This document shows positions 52,163 to 61,500 of a stretch of DNA of 64,000 nt, piece after piece (the first letter of the stretch is position 1; the number at the start of each line of letters is the position of its first letter). Location of the stretch: the NCBI GenBank assembly GCA_944354535.1, contig CALVPY010000009.1:1599-65598 (forward strand). The letters are read 5' to 3'. The translations under genes and the position numbers were made by a program. This stretch comes from an uncultured Clostridia bacterium. GTDB lineage: Bacteria > Bacillota > Clostridia > Christensenellales > Borkfalkiaceae. The notes below the pieces were generated by a model. The model saw nothing but the letters and a program-made list of their open reading frames with translations. It did not search any database and had not been told where the DNA came from.

Positions 52163-53671
52163 TTACAGATCTTTGTCTTCCTCTCCGCCGAAATCGTCGG
52201 GATGCTCGTTCTCGACGGGCGCGGGCGTGCCTTCGGGCGCGGCGTAGGTGCTGCCGTTCACGGTGTGCTCTTTATAGACGGGCTCCTGCGGGATGAGGGA
52301 AGGATTGGCGGCGATGTATGCCTCTTCCTCCTGCAGCGGGATGCGGGGAGCGAGCTCGACCGCAAGCTTTTTGCGGATGATGCCGTAGGGGATGAAGAGG
52401 ATGATGAGCAGCGCCGCTGCGATAAGGGCGATGACGCCAGAGGTGTTAATCGTAAGTGCCGTCAGCATGGAGAGCTGCTCGAGCCCCAAAGCGGCGGGTC
52501 CGCCGAGAAAGTTGAATAAGGCGACGGATGCGAGACCGGGGATGATAAAGAAGAAGAGGGCGGGCAGCCAGCCGAGGAAGATGATGGGCATCTTGAGCTT
52601 GACGGCGGGGTTGATCGAGAAGCCCTTGACGAACACTTTGATAAGGAGATAGAGCCATGCGAGCATGGAGATCGCGACGAGCACGAGGACCCCGATCATC
52701 ACGAAGAGGAAGATACGGGACACATTTTCGCCGTCGAGGTAGGAGTGGAGCATCTCGGAAATATTTGCGGCAAGCGTTGCTTCGGCCTGCGAGGAGCCCG
52801 AAGAGGCATCCGCTCCGCTGTCCGCGGCGAGGCCGACGGCGGAAAGGGGCGCGGCAGGGGTGACGGAAGCTGTCCCGGAGCCGCTTCCGAGCCCGCCCGC
52901 GATCTCTTCAAGGAGGCGGTCGATGATCTCGTCTGCATTGAGCTTGCCGTCTTCGCTTGCGAAAGACCCGATGTTTTCGGAAACGACGTCGCGGATCTGC
53001 TGCTTGGTCTCATCCGTCATGGTAAGATCGGAAAATTCGGGCTTGCCCGTGGACTGGAGCTTCTCAAAGACTTCCCCGACCGTCTCAACGGCGACATCGC
53101 TCACCTTTTCGACGGAGGCGTCCTCCTGATAGATGACGTCGATGACGGCGTTCGTCTTTTCGGCGAGGTACTCATCCGTGATCTGCGCCTCTTCCATGAT
53201 GGCGTTGATCTCTTCGTCGGCGATCTCGGGCAGGGCGTTTTTGATGGTCTCCTGCGCCTTGTCGATGACGATCTGGGTAGCGGTGTTGCGGATGGTGCCT
53301 TCGGCGACATCCTTGATGAGCGTCCTCATCTTTTGGCTGAGGTGGACGGAAAGAGAGTCGATCTTTTCGTCGATGAGGGCTCTGGAACCGTTGGCGGGAT
53401 CGGCGCCGAGGACGGACGACAGGAAGTCCGTCGTGCTGAACGAGAGCTCGATGTCGACGGCGTCGGGGTCGGAGTAGACGATGGTCGTTTCGGTGCTTGC
53501 GGCGCCGTTTTCGCTCATGATGGTCTCGAGATCTTCGGCGTCAAGATCGATCGTGACGCGGATGCTCAGGAGAGGAGCAAAGAAGTAGCCCGCGATGGAC
53601 GCGATGCAAAGAAGCGCGACGATGACGTTCATGATCATGATCGCGGCACGGTGTTTTTTTACAGTTTCCAT
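52163..53671 (-). CDS. hypothetical membrane protein (N-terminal anchor, acidic ~300-aa domain, C-terminal multi-TM region)
   Basis: The 502-aa ORF has codon usage like its neighbours. TM1 is AAIMIMNVIVALLCIASIAGYFF, and the C-terminal half has 4-5 TM helices. I recognise no family. Confidence 0.65.
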   Translation of the reverse strand: METVKKHRAAIMIMNVIVALLCIASIAGYFFAPLLSIRVTIDLDAEDLETIMSENGAASTETTIVYSDPDAVDIELSFSTTDFLSSVLGADPANGSRALIDEKIDSLSVHLSQKMRTLIKDVAEGTIRNTATQIVIDKAQETIKNALPEIADEEINAIMEEAQITDEYLAEKTNAVIDVIYQEDASVEKVSDVAVETVGEVFEKLQSTGKPEFSDLTMTDETKQQIRDVVSENIGSFASEDGKLNADEIIDRLLEEIAGGLGSGSGTASVTPAAPLSAVGLAADSGADASSGSSQAEATLAANISEMLHSYLDGENVSRIFLFVMIGVLVLVAISMLAWLYLLIKVFVKGFSINPAVKLKMPIIFLGWLPALFFFIIPGLASVALFNFLGGPAALGLEQLSMLTALTINTSGVIALIAAALLIILFIPYGIIRKKLAVELAPRIPLQEEEAYIAANPSLIPQEPVYKEHTVNGSTYAAPEGTPAPVENEHPDDFGGEEDKDL

Positions 53672-53865
53672 ATGATTCTCCCTGCTGATCGTTTGATCGC
53701 TTCTATTTTACCAAAAGCCGTTAAAAATGTCAACATAAATGAAGGCTTGCGTCGGGATATGGCGAATGAGCGCTGAAATACGATGTTTTTTGAAAAAAGA
53801 TGGGGGTGACGCGCGGGAATGGATATTTTTTTCTTGAGATCGGCCTCTTTTTTTTTCTCCCCCTC

Positions 53866-53894
53866 TTGAAATTTTACGGCTTTTGAGCTATAAT
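53866..53894 (+). promoter_or_regulatory. near-consensus sigma-70-type promoter for the kinase-araD operon
   Basis: TTGAAA (53866-53871), 17 nt, TATAAT (53889-53894). Confidence 0.65.
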
Positions 53895-53931
53895 TATGAT
53901 AAATAAAAAATCGGCGATTGGGGGAACTTGA

Positions 53932-55527
53932 GTGGAAAACATCGGAAGCGCGATCGAGCGCGGCGAGACTGCGCTCGGCATCGAGCTCGGCTCGACGAGG
54001 ATCAAGGCCGTCCTCGTCAACGGAAAGAACGAGGTCATCGCCTCGGGCAGCCATACCTGGGAGAACCGTTTTGAAAACGGCATCTGGACATATACGCTCG
54101 AGGATATCAGGACGGGGCTGCAGGACTGCTATGCCGACATGGCGGCGGCGGTCGAACACCGGTACGGCGTAAAACTCAGAAGGGTCGGTGCGATCGGATT
54201 TTCTGCCATGATGCACGGCTATATGGCGTTCGGGAAGGACGGCGGGCTCCTCGTTCCCTTCCGTACCTGGCGCAACAACAGCGCGCAGGAAGCGGCGGAA
54301 AAGCTCACCGAAGCCTTTCGGTATCACATCCCCGCGCGCTGGTCGGCGGCACACCTTTATCAGGCCGTCTTAAACGGCGAAGAGCACGTCGGAAAGATCG
54401 CCTATTTAACGACGCTTGCGGGCTACATCCATTGGATGCTGACGGGGGAGAAAGCCGTCGGCATCGGCGAAGCTTCGGGGATGTTCCCCGTCGACCCCGA
54501 AACGAGGCAGTACGACGCGGGGATGCTGAAAAAATTCAACGCCCTCCTTGCGGGCAAAGTTCCCTTCCGGGCGGAAGATATTTTGCCTAAGATCCTCGTC
54601 GCCGGCGAGGAGGCGGGGCGGCTCACCGAAGAGGGCGCAAAGCTCCTCGATCCGACGGGAACGCTTGAGCCCGGCATCCCGCTCTGCCCGCCCGAGGGCG
54701 ACGCGGGCACGGGCATGGTCGCGACCAACGCCGTCAGAAAGCGTACGGGCAACGTCTCTGCGGGCACGAGCGTCTTTGCGATGATCGTGCTCGAAAGGCC
54801 GCTCTCAAAGCCTTATCCCGAGATCGACCTCGTCACGACGCCCGTGGGCGATCTCGTCGGCATGGTCCACTGCAACAACTGCACCTCCGATCTCAACGGC
54901 TGGGTGGATCTTTTCGGCGAATTCGCCGCGCTCCTCGGCGTGGATATCCCCAAATGGAAGCTGTATGACGAGCTCTACTTCGCCTCCGAAAAGGGGGATA
55001 AGGACTGCGGCGGCCTGCACGCCTACAACTATGTCTCGGGCGAGCACGTCACGCGCGTCGACGCGGGCAGGCCCATGTTCATCAGGACGTCGGAAAGCAA
55101 GTTCACGCTTTCCAACTTCATGCGCACGCACCTCTTCTCGGCGTTCGGCGCCCTCAAAGTGGGGTTGGACATCATGCTGCGCGAAGAGGGGGTCAGGCTC
55201 GACCGCATCACGGGGCACGGCGGCCTCTTCAAGACCGAGCGCGTGGGCCAGAGCTATCTCGCGGCCGCCATCAACGCTCCCGTCACCGTCATGAAGACGG
55301 CGGGCGAAGGCGGCGCATGGGGCATCGCCATCCTCGCAAATTATATGATCGCCAAAGATCGGGGCGAGAGCCTGGAAGATTTCCTCGAGCGAAAGGTCTT
55401 TGCCGGGCAGGAGAGCGTCACGCTCGCGCCCGACCCCGCCGACGTCGAGGGGTTTGAAAACTTTGCCGAACGCTATGCTGCCGGCCTTCCCATTGTGCGG
55501 GAGGCGGTGCGTAGTCTGAAGGAATAA
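53932..55527 (+). CDS. FGGY-family carbohydrate kinase, probable ribulokinase (non-AraB, AraK-like type)
   Basis: It has a GTG start with GGGGGA upstream. [16 protein letters not shown] is an ASKHA phosphate-1 motif. It is immediately followed by araD. Confidence 0.75.
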   Translation: MENIGSAIERGETALGIELGSTRIKAVLVNGKNEVIASGSHTWENRFENGIWTYTLEDIRTGLQDCYADMAAAVEHRYGVKLRRVGAIGFSAMMHGYMAFGKDGGLLVPFRTWRNNSAQEAAEKLTEAFRYHIPARWSAAHLYQAVLNGEEHVGKIAYLTTLAGYIHWMLTGEKAVGIGEASGMFPVDPETRQYDAGMLKKFNALLAGKVPFRAEDILPKILVAGEEAGRLTEEGAKLLDPTGTLEPGIPLCPPEGDAGTGMVATNAVRKRTGNVSAGTSVFAMIVLERPLSKPYPEIDLVTTPVGDLVGMVHCNNCTSDLNGWVDLFGEFAALLGVDIPKWKLYDELYFASEKGDKDCGGLHAYNYVSGEHVTRVDAGRPMFIRTSESKFTLSNFMRTHLFSAFGALKVGLDIMLREEGVRLDRITGHGGLFKTERVGQSYLAAAINAPVTVMKTAGEGGAWGIAILANYMIAKDRGESLEDFLERKVFAGQESVTLAPDPADVEGFENFAERYAAGLPIVREAVRSLKE

Positions 55528-55535
55528 GGAGGTAC

Positions 55536-56240
55536 ATGATGTTAGAATCTTTGAAAGAAAAGGTATTGAAGGCCAATCTCGATCTCGTCAGGCACAAGCT
55601 CGTGCTCTTTACCTGGGGGAACGTGTCCGAGATCGACAGGGAGAGCGGGCTCATCGTCATCAAGCCCTCGGGCGTCGAGTACGACGACATGAAGGCGGGC
55701 GACATGGTGGTCGTCGACCTCAACGGCAAAGTCGTGGAAGGCGATCTCCGCCCCTCGTCCGATACGCCCACGCACATCGAGCTTTACAAGGCGTTCCCCG
55801 ATCTCGGCGGCGTCACGCACACCCACTCGACGTTCGCGACGAGCTGGGCGCAGGCGGGGCGCAACATTCCCTTCTACGGTACGACGCACGCCGACTATTT
55901 CTACGGCGACATCCCCTGCGCGCGTTCTCTGACGCGGGAGGAGATCGAAGGCGAGTACGAGAAGAACACCGGGCTCGTCATCGTCGAAAAATTCCGCATG
56001 GAGGGCATCAAGCCCCTCGAAGTGCCGGGCGTCCTCGTCAAGAGCCACGGCGTCTTTGCCTTCGGCAAGGACTGCGACGATTCCGTCTACAATGCGTCGG
56101 TCATCGAAGAGGTCGCCAAGATGGCGACGATCACCGAGATCGTCGATCCCAACGTCGAGCGCGCCGATCAGTTCATGATGGACAAGCACTATCTGCGCAA
56201 GCACGGCAAGAACGCCTATTACGGGCAGATCAAGCGGTGA
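55536..56240 (+). CDS. araD: L-ribulose-5-phosphate 4-epimerase
   Basis: It has the class II aldolase/epimerase pattern [34 protein letters not shown] and [12 protein letters not shown]. The second ATG at 55539 has better RBS spacing. Confidence 0.85.
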   Translation: MMLESLKEKVLKANLDLVRHKLVLFTWGNVSEIDRESGLIVIKPSGVEYDDMKAGDMVVVDLNGKVVEGDLRPSSDTPTHIELYKAFPDLGGVTHTHSTFATSWAQAGRNIPFYGTTHADYFYGDIPCARSLTREEIEGEYEKNTGLVIVEKFRMEGIKPLEVPGVLVKSHGVFAFGKDCDDSVYNASVIEEVAKMATITEIVDPNVERADQFMMDKHYLRKHGKNAYYGQIKR

Positions 56241-56254
56241 GGGAAGGGGCGCAT

Positions 56255-56455
56255 ATGATCGTTACGGAAGTCATCCCATATACGCCCGATCCCAACAAGC
56301 GCGCCAAGCGCATCGAGGATGCCGCGAACGCACACGAGGCACGGGGGGAGGAGCTTGTTTCCGCCCTTTCGACGCCCAACTGCGGCGCCATCCTCATTTT
56401 TCGCGCCCCGCAGGCGGACTGCGGGAAGGGCGGCGCGTTCGCTTCTCCCGAATGA
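56255..56455 (+). CDS. possible small protein (66 aa), unknown function
   Basis: The ATG lies 15 nt after the araD stop and is preceded by GGGAAGGGG. The GC-rich third-position bias resembles real genes. I recognise no family, so this is weak. Confidence 0.3.
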   Translation: MIVTEVIPYTPDPNKRAKRIEDAANAHEARGEELVSALSTPNCGAILIFRAPQADCGKGGAFASPE

Positions 56456-56548
56456 GCTTCGGCGGCGCAGCTGCGGCTTCTTCGCAGGGATGCGCGAAAG
56501 TTTCGGGAAAGCCGCTTTGTTAAAATTTTGTGAATGCAGGCTCGGACG

Positions 56549-56577
56549 TTGACTTTTCACGTCCGAGCCGTTATAAT
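56549..56577 (+). promoter_or_regulatory. sigma-70-type promoter embedded in a 10-bp inverted repeat
   Basis: TTGACT (56549-56554), 17 nt, TATAAT (56572-56577). GGCTCGGACG (56539-56548) and CGTCCGAGCC (56560-56569) bracket the -35 element. Confidence 0.55.
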
Positions 56578-56608
56578 AGAGGGGAAATTCTTTACAAAGG
56601 AGAGGGGG

Positions 56609-57832
56609 ATGGATCGTTACGAAAGGGCAAGGGCGCTCTGCCGGGAGCACGGGCAGGAGCAGCTCCTTGCGTATTACGGCGAGCTGGACGAGGGGGAGCG
56701 CGGGCAGCTGCTCGCGCAGATCGAGAGCATCGACTGGAGCATCTTTTCCGATGAGGCGCGCGTTTCGCAGCCCGTGGGGGATATTTCGCCCATCGAGGGC
56801 ATGGATACGCGCGAGATCGAGGCGAGGAAGGAGGAATTTTTCGCCGCCGGGCGCGAAGCCGTCCGTCAGGGCAAGGTGGCGGCGCTCCTGCTCGCGGGCG
56901 GGCAGGGGACGCGGCTGGGTTACAACGGCCCCAAGGGGACGATGGACATCGGCGTCACCCGCCCCTTATATATCTATGAGTGCCTGTTCCGCAATCTGGA
57001 AGAAGTGTGCAGGGCGTGCGGTGCCGCGGTGCCGCTCTACATCATGACGAGCGAAAAGACGGATGAAGAGACGCGGAGCTTTCTGAAAGCACATGACTAC
57101 TTCGGCTATCCCGAGGGGAAGATCCGCTTCTTTTTGCAGGATATGGCTCCCGCGACCGACTTTTCGGGCAAGATCTTGTTGGAAGGGAAGGGGCGGCTCG
57201 CCCTTTCGCCCAACGGCAACGGCGGCTGTTTTTCGTCGCTGCGGCGGGCGGGGCTCATGGAGGAGGCTGCAAGGAACGGGGTGGAATGGTTCAACGTCTT
57301 TGCCGTCGACAATGTTTTGCAGCGCATCGCGGATCCCGTCTTCGTGGGGGCGACCCTCCTTTCGGGGGCAGACTGCGGCGCAAAATTCGTCAGGAAATGC
57401 GAGCCCGGGGAGCGTGTGGGCGTCCTTTGCAGGCGGGGCGGTATGCCGGACATCGTGGAATATTACGAGCTTTCCGATGAGATGGCAAACGCGCGCGATG
57501 AAAGGGGCGGGCTCGTCTATTCCTTCGGCGTCATTCTCAACTATCTCTTCCGCCGCGAGACGCTGGAAAAGATCGCAAGGGCGGTCATCCCCGTACACAG
57601 GGCCAAAAAGAAGATCCCCTTCCTCAACGAGGCGGGCGAGCTTATCAAGCCGGAGAAAGAGAACGGCTACAAGTACGAGACGCTCGTCGTCGACGTGGTG
57701 CGGCTGATGGGGTCGTGCCTGCCCTTCGAGGCGGTGCGCGAACGCGAATTTGCGCCCATCAAGAATGCAGAGGGCAAGGACAGCGTGCAGTCGGCGCGCG
57801 AACTTTTGAAATGTAACGGAGTACGATTGTAA
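56609..57832 (+). CDS. UDP-sugar / UDP-N-acetylhexosamine pyrophosphorylase (UDPGP family, eukaryote-like UAP type)
   Basis: RBS AAAGGAGAGGGGG. The UDPGP signature is VAALLLAGGQGTRLGYNGPKGT, followed by MTS, and later NGNGG and FAVDNVL. Confidence 0.8.
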   Translation: MDRYERARALCREHGQEQLLAYYGELDEGERGQLLAQIESIDWSIFSDEARVSQPVGDISPIEGMDTREIEARKEEFFAAGREAVRQGKVAALLLAGGQGTRLGYNGPKGTMDIGVTRPLYIYECLFRNLEEVCRACGAAVPLYIMTSEKTDEETRSFLKAHDYFGYPEGKIRFFLQDMAPATDFSGKILLEGKGRLALSPNGNGGCFSSLRRAGLMEEAARNGVEWFNVFAVDNVLQRIADPVFVGATLLSGADCGAKFVRKCEPGERVGVLCRRGGMPDIVEYYELSDEMANARDERGGLVYSFGVILNYLFRRETLEKIARAVIPVHRAKKKIPFLNEAGELIKPEKENGYKYETLVVDVVRLMGSCLPFEAVREREFAPIKNAEGKDSVQSARELLKCNGVRL

Positions 57833-58179
57833 TGGAAGAACAGGCATCCGGGACGGCAATGGACTTTGCGACGCAGCTCGTCGAACTCAGCCGCGTCATC
57901 GTCGATATTTTCAAGAGCGGGAGTTTGGAAAGGCTCCCCGACATGAACCGCATCGTCAAGGAGATGCACCGCCTGCAGCACGGCAGCGAAGATACCGCCA
58001 TGCAGACCATCGACGTGGAGGCGAACGTCATATATTCCAACTTCGATATGCTCGTCAAGGTCTTAAAGACGGCGGAATCGGACAGCGACCTTCCCTCGCT
58101 TCAGAGTGCGGTGAATAAATTTCTGCATAATATAAACGAGGCGGCTGTAAATATTGCCGCCATGTTCGGTTTGGTCTGA
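57832..58179 (+). CDS. hypothetical small helical protein (115 aa)
   Basis: A TAATG overlap joins it to the upstream stop, which suggests translational coupling. Codon usage is coding-like. I recognise no family. Confidence 0.55.
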   Translation: MEEQASGTAMDFATQLVELSRVIVDIFKSGSLERLPDMNRIVKEMHRLQHGSEDTAMQTIDVEANVIYSNFDMLVKVLKTAESDSDLPSLQSAVNKFLHNINEAAVNIAAMFGLV

Positions 58180-58333
58180 TTTGGCGTCGGATATGCGGCG
58201 CAATACGGTGTCGCGCTTACGCACTCCTCGGTCACTTACGTCTTAGTAAGCTCCCTTCGTCGTTTGCGCGCGCTCCTTGTCTTGCTTGCATCTCCAACCC
58301 CAAATCTCGCTTTGTATGGACGATGGCGTGACC

Positions 58334-58505
58334 CGAAACTACGGCGTTACGATGGGCTTGGGCGCAGAGGCGCTGCGATGGGCTGGGGCTTTTTCCGCGT
58401 CTTGCAACTTTGACGTCAGAATGAGCTTCTTTGTGCGCTCTTCTCGTCTTGCTCGAAACTACGGCGTTACGATGGGCTTGGGCGCAGGGGCGCTGCGATG
58501 GGCTG
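58334..58505 (+). repeat. two 52-bp direct repeats, 120 bp apart
   Basis: 58334-58385 and 58454-58505 read CGAAACTACGGCGTTACGATGGGCTTGGGCGCAG(A/G)GGCGCTGCGATGGGCTG. They differ at one position. Confidence 0.7.
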
Positions 58506-58548
58506 ATTTGCGCGCTCCGCATCACATTGAAAATATACGGGAGAAACT

Positions 58549-59781
58549 ATGGCAAGAAGATCGAAAGCCGAAAAGAGACGGTTTTGGCGGGCAGTCGCCG
58601 TGCTGCTCGTCATTGTCCTCATTGCGGCCATTGTGTTCGGCATCTATTGGTTTGCCGTCAAGGGAAGAACGTGGGATGATCTCAAGGCGCTGTTTGCCGA
58701 AAAGAAAACGGAACGTCCTTCCGATATTGGGGAGGGCGACTTTGCCGATATACTTTCGGCGGAGCTCTCTATTCATTTTATTGCTCCCGCTGTCAAAGCA
58801 AGCGGTGACTGTACCCTCATCAAGGTCGGGGATACAGAGGTGCTGATCGACGCCGGACCTACGCAGGGAAATGTAACAGAGATCAAGGAGTATCTTTCTG
58901 ATTATTGCACAGACGGCATACTTGAATATGTGATTGCAACGCATGCCGATACCGACCATATAGCCGGGCTTGTCGGCACAAGTTCGGGTGGAGAGTATAA
59001 TGGTATTCTTTATAGCTATAAGATCGGTACACTCATCCAATTTGATCGTACCAATAAAGAATTAGAGACAGCATCCGGCAATCCAACACTGTATGCCCGT
59101 TATGTGTCGGCGGTCGAATATGCTGAAAGTCAGGGAACAGAAGTTTTCTCGGGCTCCGAGTGTTGCAATGAGACAAACGGAGCGTCGAAGACATATTATC
59201 TTGATGACGAGAAAACTGTCTCTATGACCATCCTCTACAACTATTACTACGACCATGATTCCGGGGATGAGAATAATTATTCTGTTTGCATGTTGCTTTC
59301 TCAGGAGACCGACGGTGAGTCTGATCACTATTTATTTACAGGTGACTTAGAGAAGGACGGAGAGGAGAGATTGGTAGAAAACAATCAACTTCCTCATGTG
59401 CGCCTCTATAAGGCAGGTCATCATGGCAGTAAGACTTCCTCTACAAACGAGCTGTTAAGTGTGATCACCCCCGAGTATGTCGTCGTTTGCTGTTGCGCGG
59501 GTTACAATGAATATGGCGCGGCAGAGGAGAATGTTTTTCCCACGCAGGCGTTTATCGATCGTATTGCTCCCTATACCGATTTCATCTACGTTACGATCAT
59601 GTGGGACGAAGAAACGGACGGTTATAAGGATATGAACGGGGATATCGTGTTCTATCTTGGCGCCGATGAGGGGGAGACAAAAAAGAGCCTGAAACTTTGG
59701 TGCAGCAGCAATTCGACGATCTTGAAAGACACCGAGTGGTTTCAAGAAAACCGCGTCTGGAATGCTCCTTCGCGAAGTTAG
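58549..59781 (+). CDS. membrane-anchored MBL-fold metallo-hydrolase, ComEC/Rec2 C-terminal-domain-like
   Basis: The N-terminal anchor is FWRAVAVLLVIVLIAAIVFGIYWFAV. MBL motifs are VLIDAGP, ATHADTDHIAGL and LFTGDLEKDGEERL...LYKAGHHGSKTSS. Confidence 0.8.
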   Translation: MARRSKAEKRRFWRAVAVLLVIVLIAAIVFGIYWFAVKGRTWDDLKALFAEKKTERPSDIGEGDFADILSAELSIHFIAPAVKASGDCTLIKVGDTEVLIDAGPTQGNVTEIKEYLSDYCTDGILEYVIATHADTDHIAGLVGTSSGGEYNGILYSYKIGTLIQFDRTNKELETASGNPTLYARYVSAVEYAESQGTEVFSGSECCNETNGASKTYYLDDEKTVSMTILYNYYYDHDSGDENNYSVCMLLSQETDGESDHYLFTGDLEKDGEERLVENNQLPHVRLYKAGHHGSKTSSTNELLSVITPEYVVVCCCAGYNEYGAAEENVFPTQAFIDRIAPYTDFIYVTIMWDEETDGYKDMNGDIVFYLGADEGETKKSLKLWCSSNSTILKDTEWFQENRVWNAPSRS

Positions 59782-59832
59782 GATACACAAAGTACGGGGA
59801 GAAAATAGCGTCGGCACTTGTCATGCGGTTTC

Positions 59833-59909
59833 ATAAAACGTCGCGATTTTATCTCAAAACCTTCAATAAAACGTCGCAAAACTCGTCTAAAATATAAATA
59901 AAACGTCGC
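59833..59909 (+). promoter_or_regulatory. three 12-bp direct repeats (iteron-like) upstream of the AAA ATPase promoter
   Basis: ATAAAACGTCGC occurs at 59833-59844, 59866-59877 and 59898-59909. Spacing is 33 and 32 bp, about three helical turns. Confidence 0.5.
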
Positions 59910-59916
59910 GCAAGTG

Positions 59917-59945
59917 TTGACCGCCGCTTCAGAAAGGTGTATAAT
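59917..59945 (+). promoter_or_regulatory. sigma-70-type promoter for the AAA ATPase gene
   Basis: TTGACC (59917-59922), 17 nt, TATAAT (59940-59945). Confidence 0.6.
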
Positions 59946-59971
59946 GGAGACGGAAATAAGAGGTGGCGCGT

Positions 59972-61327
59972 ATGCTTTACAGAAAATTCTATGACGAATT
60001 GGTCAAGTGGTATCATCAGGAGAAGAAACTTGCTCTTTTAATAGACGGTGCAAGGCAGATCGGGAAAACGACGCTTGTTCGGCAGTTTGCGAAGGACTAT
60101 TACGGCGATCGTTTCGTCGAGATCGATTTTATCAACACGCCTTCGGCAAAAGAGATCTTTGCGGGTGATCTGTCGGTCGACGGGATCATCAGTAAGCTGA
60201 CGCTCTTTCTTCGCCGTCCGCTTGTACCGCACAAGACGCTCATCTTTTTTGATGAAGTCCAGGAATGTCCGGAAGTGCGTACTGCCATCAAATTCCTTGT
60301 GGACGACGGCAGGTTTGATTATATCGAATCGGGGTCGCTCCTCGGCATCAACTATCGGGAGATCAAGTCGTATGCCGTGGGGTATGAAGAGATCAGGACG
60401 ATGTACCCCATGGACTTTGAGGAATTTGCCATTGCAAACGGCATTCAGCAGTCCACGTTTGAACTGTTAAAAGATTGCTATGGGCGGCGCGTCCCTGTCG
60501 ACGAATTTGTACACAAGCAGATGATGCAGCTGTTCACATACTATGTGATCATCGGCGGGATGCCGGCTGCCGTGCAGGAGTTTGTCAATTCCAAGGATAT
60601 GGGGCGCGTGGTCGGCATACAGTCGGATATTTTAAGACTTTACCGAAAGGATATCACCAAATATGCGACAACGGGAAAAGAGAAAATAACGCTCATCTTC
60701 GATACGATCCCTGCCGAACTCAACGCCAAGAATAAACGGTTTATGCTCTCCGATCTCGCCAAAACGGCGCGCATGGAGAGATACGAGAGCTGTTTTAACT
60801 GGCTGACCGATGCAGGCATTGCTTTGCCTTGCTACAATCTGACAGAACCCAAGCAGCCGGTCGCGATCAATCGGCAGCATAATTTGTTTAAGTTTTATCT
60901 TGCGGATACGGGGCTTTTGTGCGCCATGTGTTCGGACGACGTGCAGTACCGGATCGTCATCGGCAATTATGGGATCAACGAGGGCAGCATCATGGAGAAT
61001 ATGTTTGCCCAGCAGCTCAAAAGCAACGGATTTACGTTGTATTATTTTGATAAGCAAAAAGTGGGGGAGGTGGATTTTGTCGTGGAACAGCACGCCGAAC
61101 TTGTGCCTGTGGAGATCAAGTCCGGAAAAGATTACAGATCGCATCGTGCATTGGATCATCTGATGGCAGTAAACGAATACAAGCTGAAGGAGAGTTTTGT
61201 GTTCTGCCCCGGGAATGTGGAAACGGAAGGCAAGATAGTTTATCTGCCGCTGTATATGATCATGTTTTTTCAAAAAGAAAATATGCTGAACAAGATCGTG
61301 TTCGAGAGCGTTGCCGATCAGTTGTAA
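59972..61327 (+). CDS. AAA-family ATPase with DUF4143-type C-terminal domain
   Basis: GAGGTG lies 6 nt before the ATG at 59972. The P-loop context is LIDGARQIGKTTLVRQF and the Walker B-like motif is LIFFDEVQ. The architecture is typical of AAA_14 + DUF4143 proteins. Confidence 0.8.
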   Translation: MLYRKFYDELVKWYHQEKKLALLIDGARQIGKTTLVRQFAKDYYGDRFVEIDFINTPSAKEIFAGDLSVDGIISKLTLFLRRPLVPHKTLIFFDEVQECPEVRTAIKFLVDDGRFDYIESGSLLGINYREIKSYAVGYEEIRTMYPMDFEEFAIANGIQQSTFELLKDCYGRRVPVDEFVHKQMMQLFTYYVIIGGMPAAVQEFVNSKDMGRVVGIQSDILRLYRKDITKYATTGKEKITLIFDTIPAELNAKNKRFMLSDLAKTARMERYESCFNWLTDAGIALPCYNLTEPKQPVAINRQHNLFKFYLADTGLLCAMCSDDVQYRIVIGNYGINEGSIMENMFAQQLKSNGFTLYYFDKQKVGEVDFVVEQHAELVPVEIKSGKDYRSHRALDHLMAVNEYKLKESFVFCPGNVETEGKIVYLPLYMIMFFQKENMLNKIVFESVADQL

Positions 61328-61471
61328 AGTCATGCTCCGGCCGCCGGAAAAATCTTTTATCGAAAAACGCATATCGCCGAAAGAGTTTCCAACTTTTGAG
61401 GTGTCCCGCAAAATGCGTTTTATAGCGACTTTCAGACATGCGCCGCGCCGCATGTTCCCACAAACGAGAGA

Positions 61472-61500
61472 GCTCCCCCGAAAAAGGGGAGCGCTTTTTT
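61472..61500 (+). terminator. rho-independent terminator
   Basis: GCTCCCC-cgaaaaa-GGGGAGC-gc-TTTTTT. Confidence 0.7.

Noticed and set aside
51791-52296. ORFs 51791-52063 and 51898-52296, both starting MGSPQKSRSEFCGERR
   Set aside because: The identical N-termini are simply the translated 49-bp direct repeat. There is no RBS. The ORFs run through tRNA-Leu on the opposite strand. The products are Arg-rich with no domain. A tiny repeat-encoded peptide cannot be fully excluded.
58232-58846. ORFs 58232-58525 (-) and 58277-58846 (+) across the 52-bp repeat region
   Set aside because: They are repeat-derived translations (SPSQR.CAQAHRNAVVS duplicated) with no RBS. The plus-strand ORF runs out of frame into the MBL gene, whose own start at 58549 has an RBS-like GGGAGA 6 nt upstream and a proper membrane anchor.
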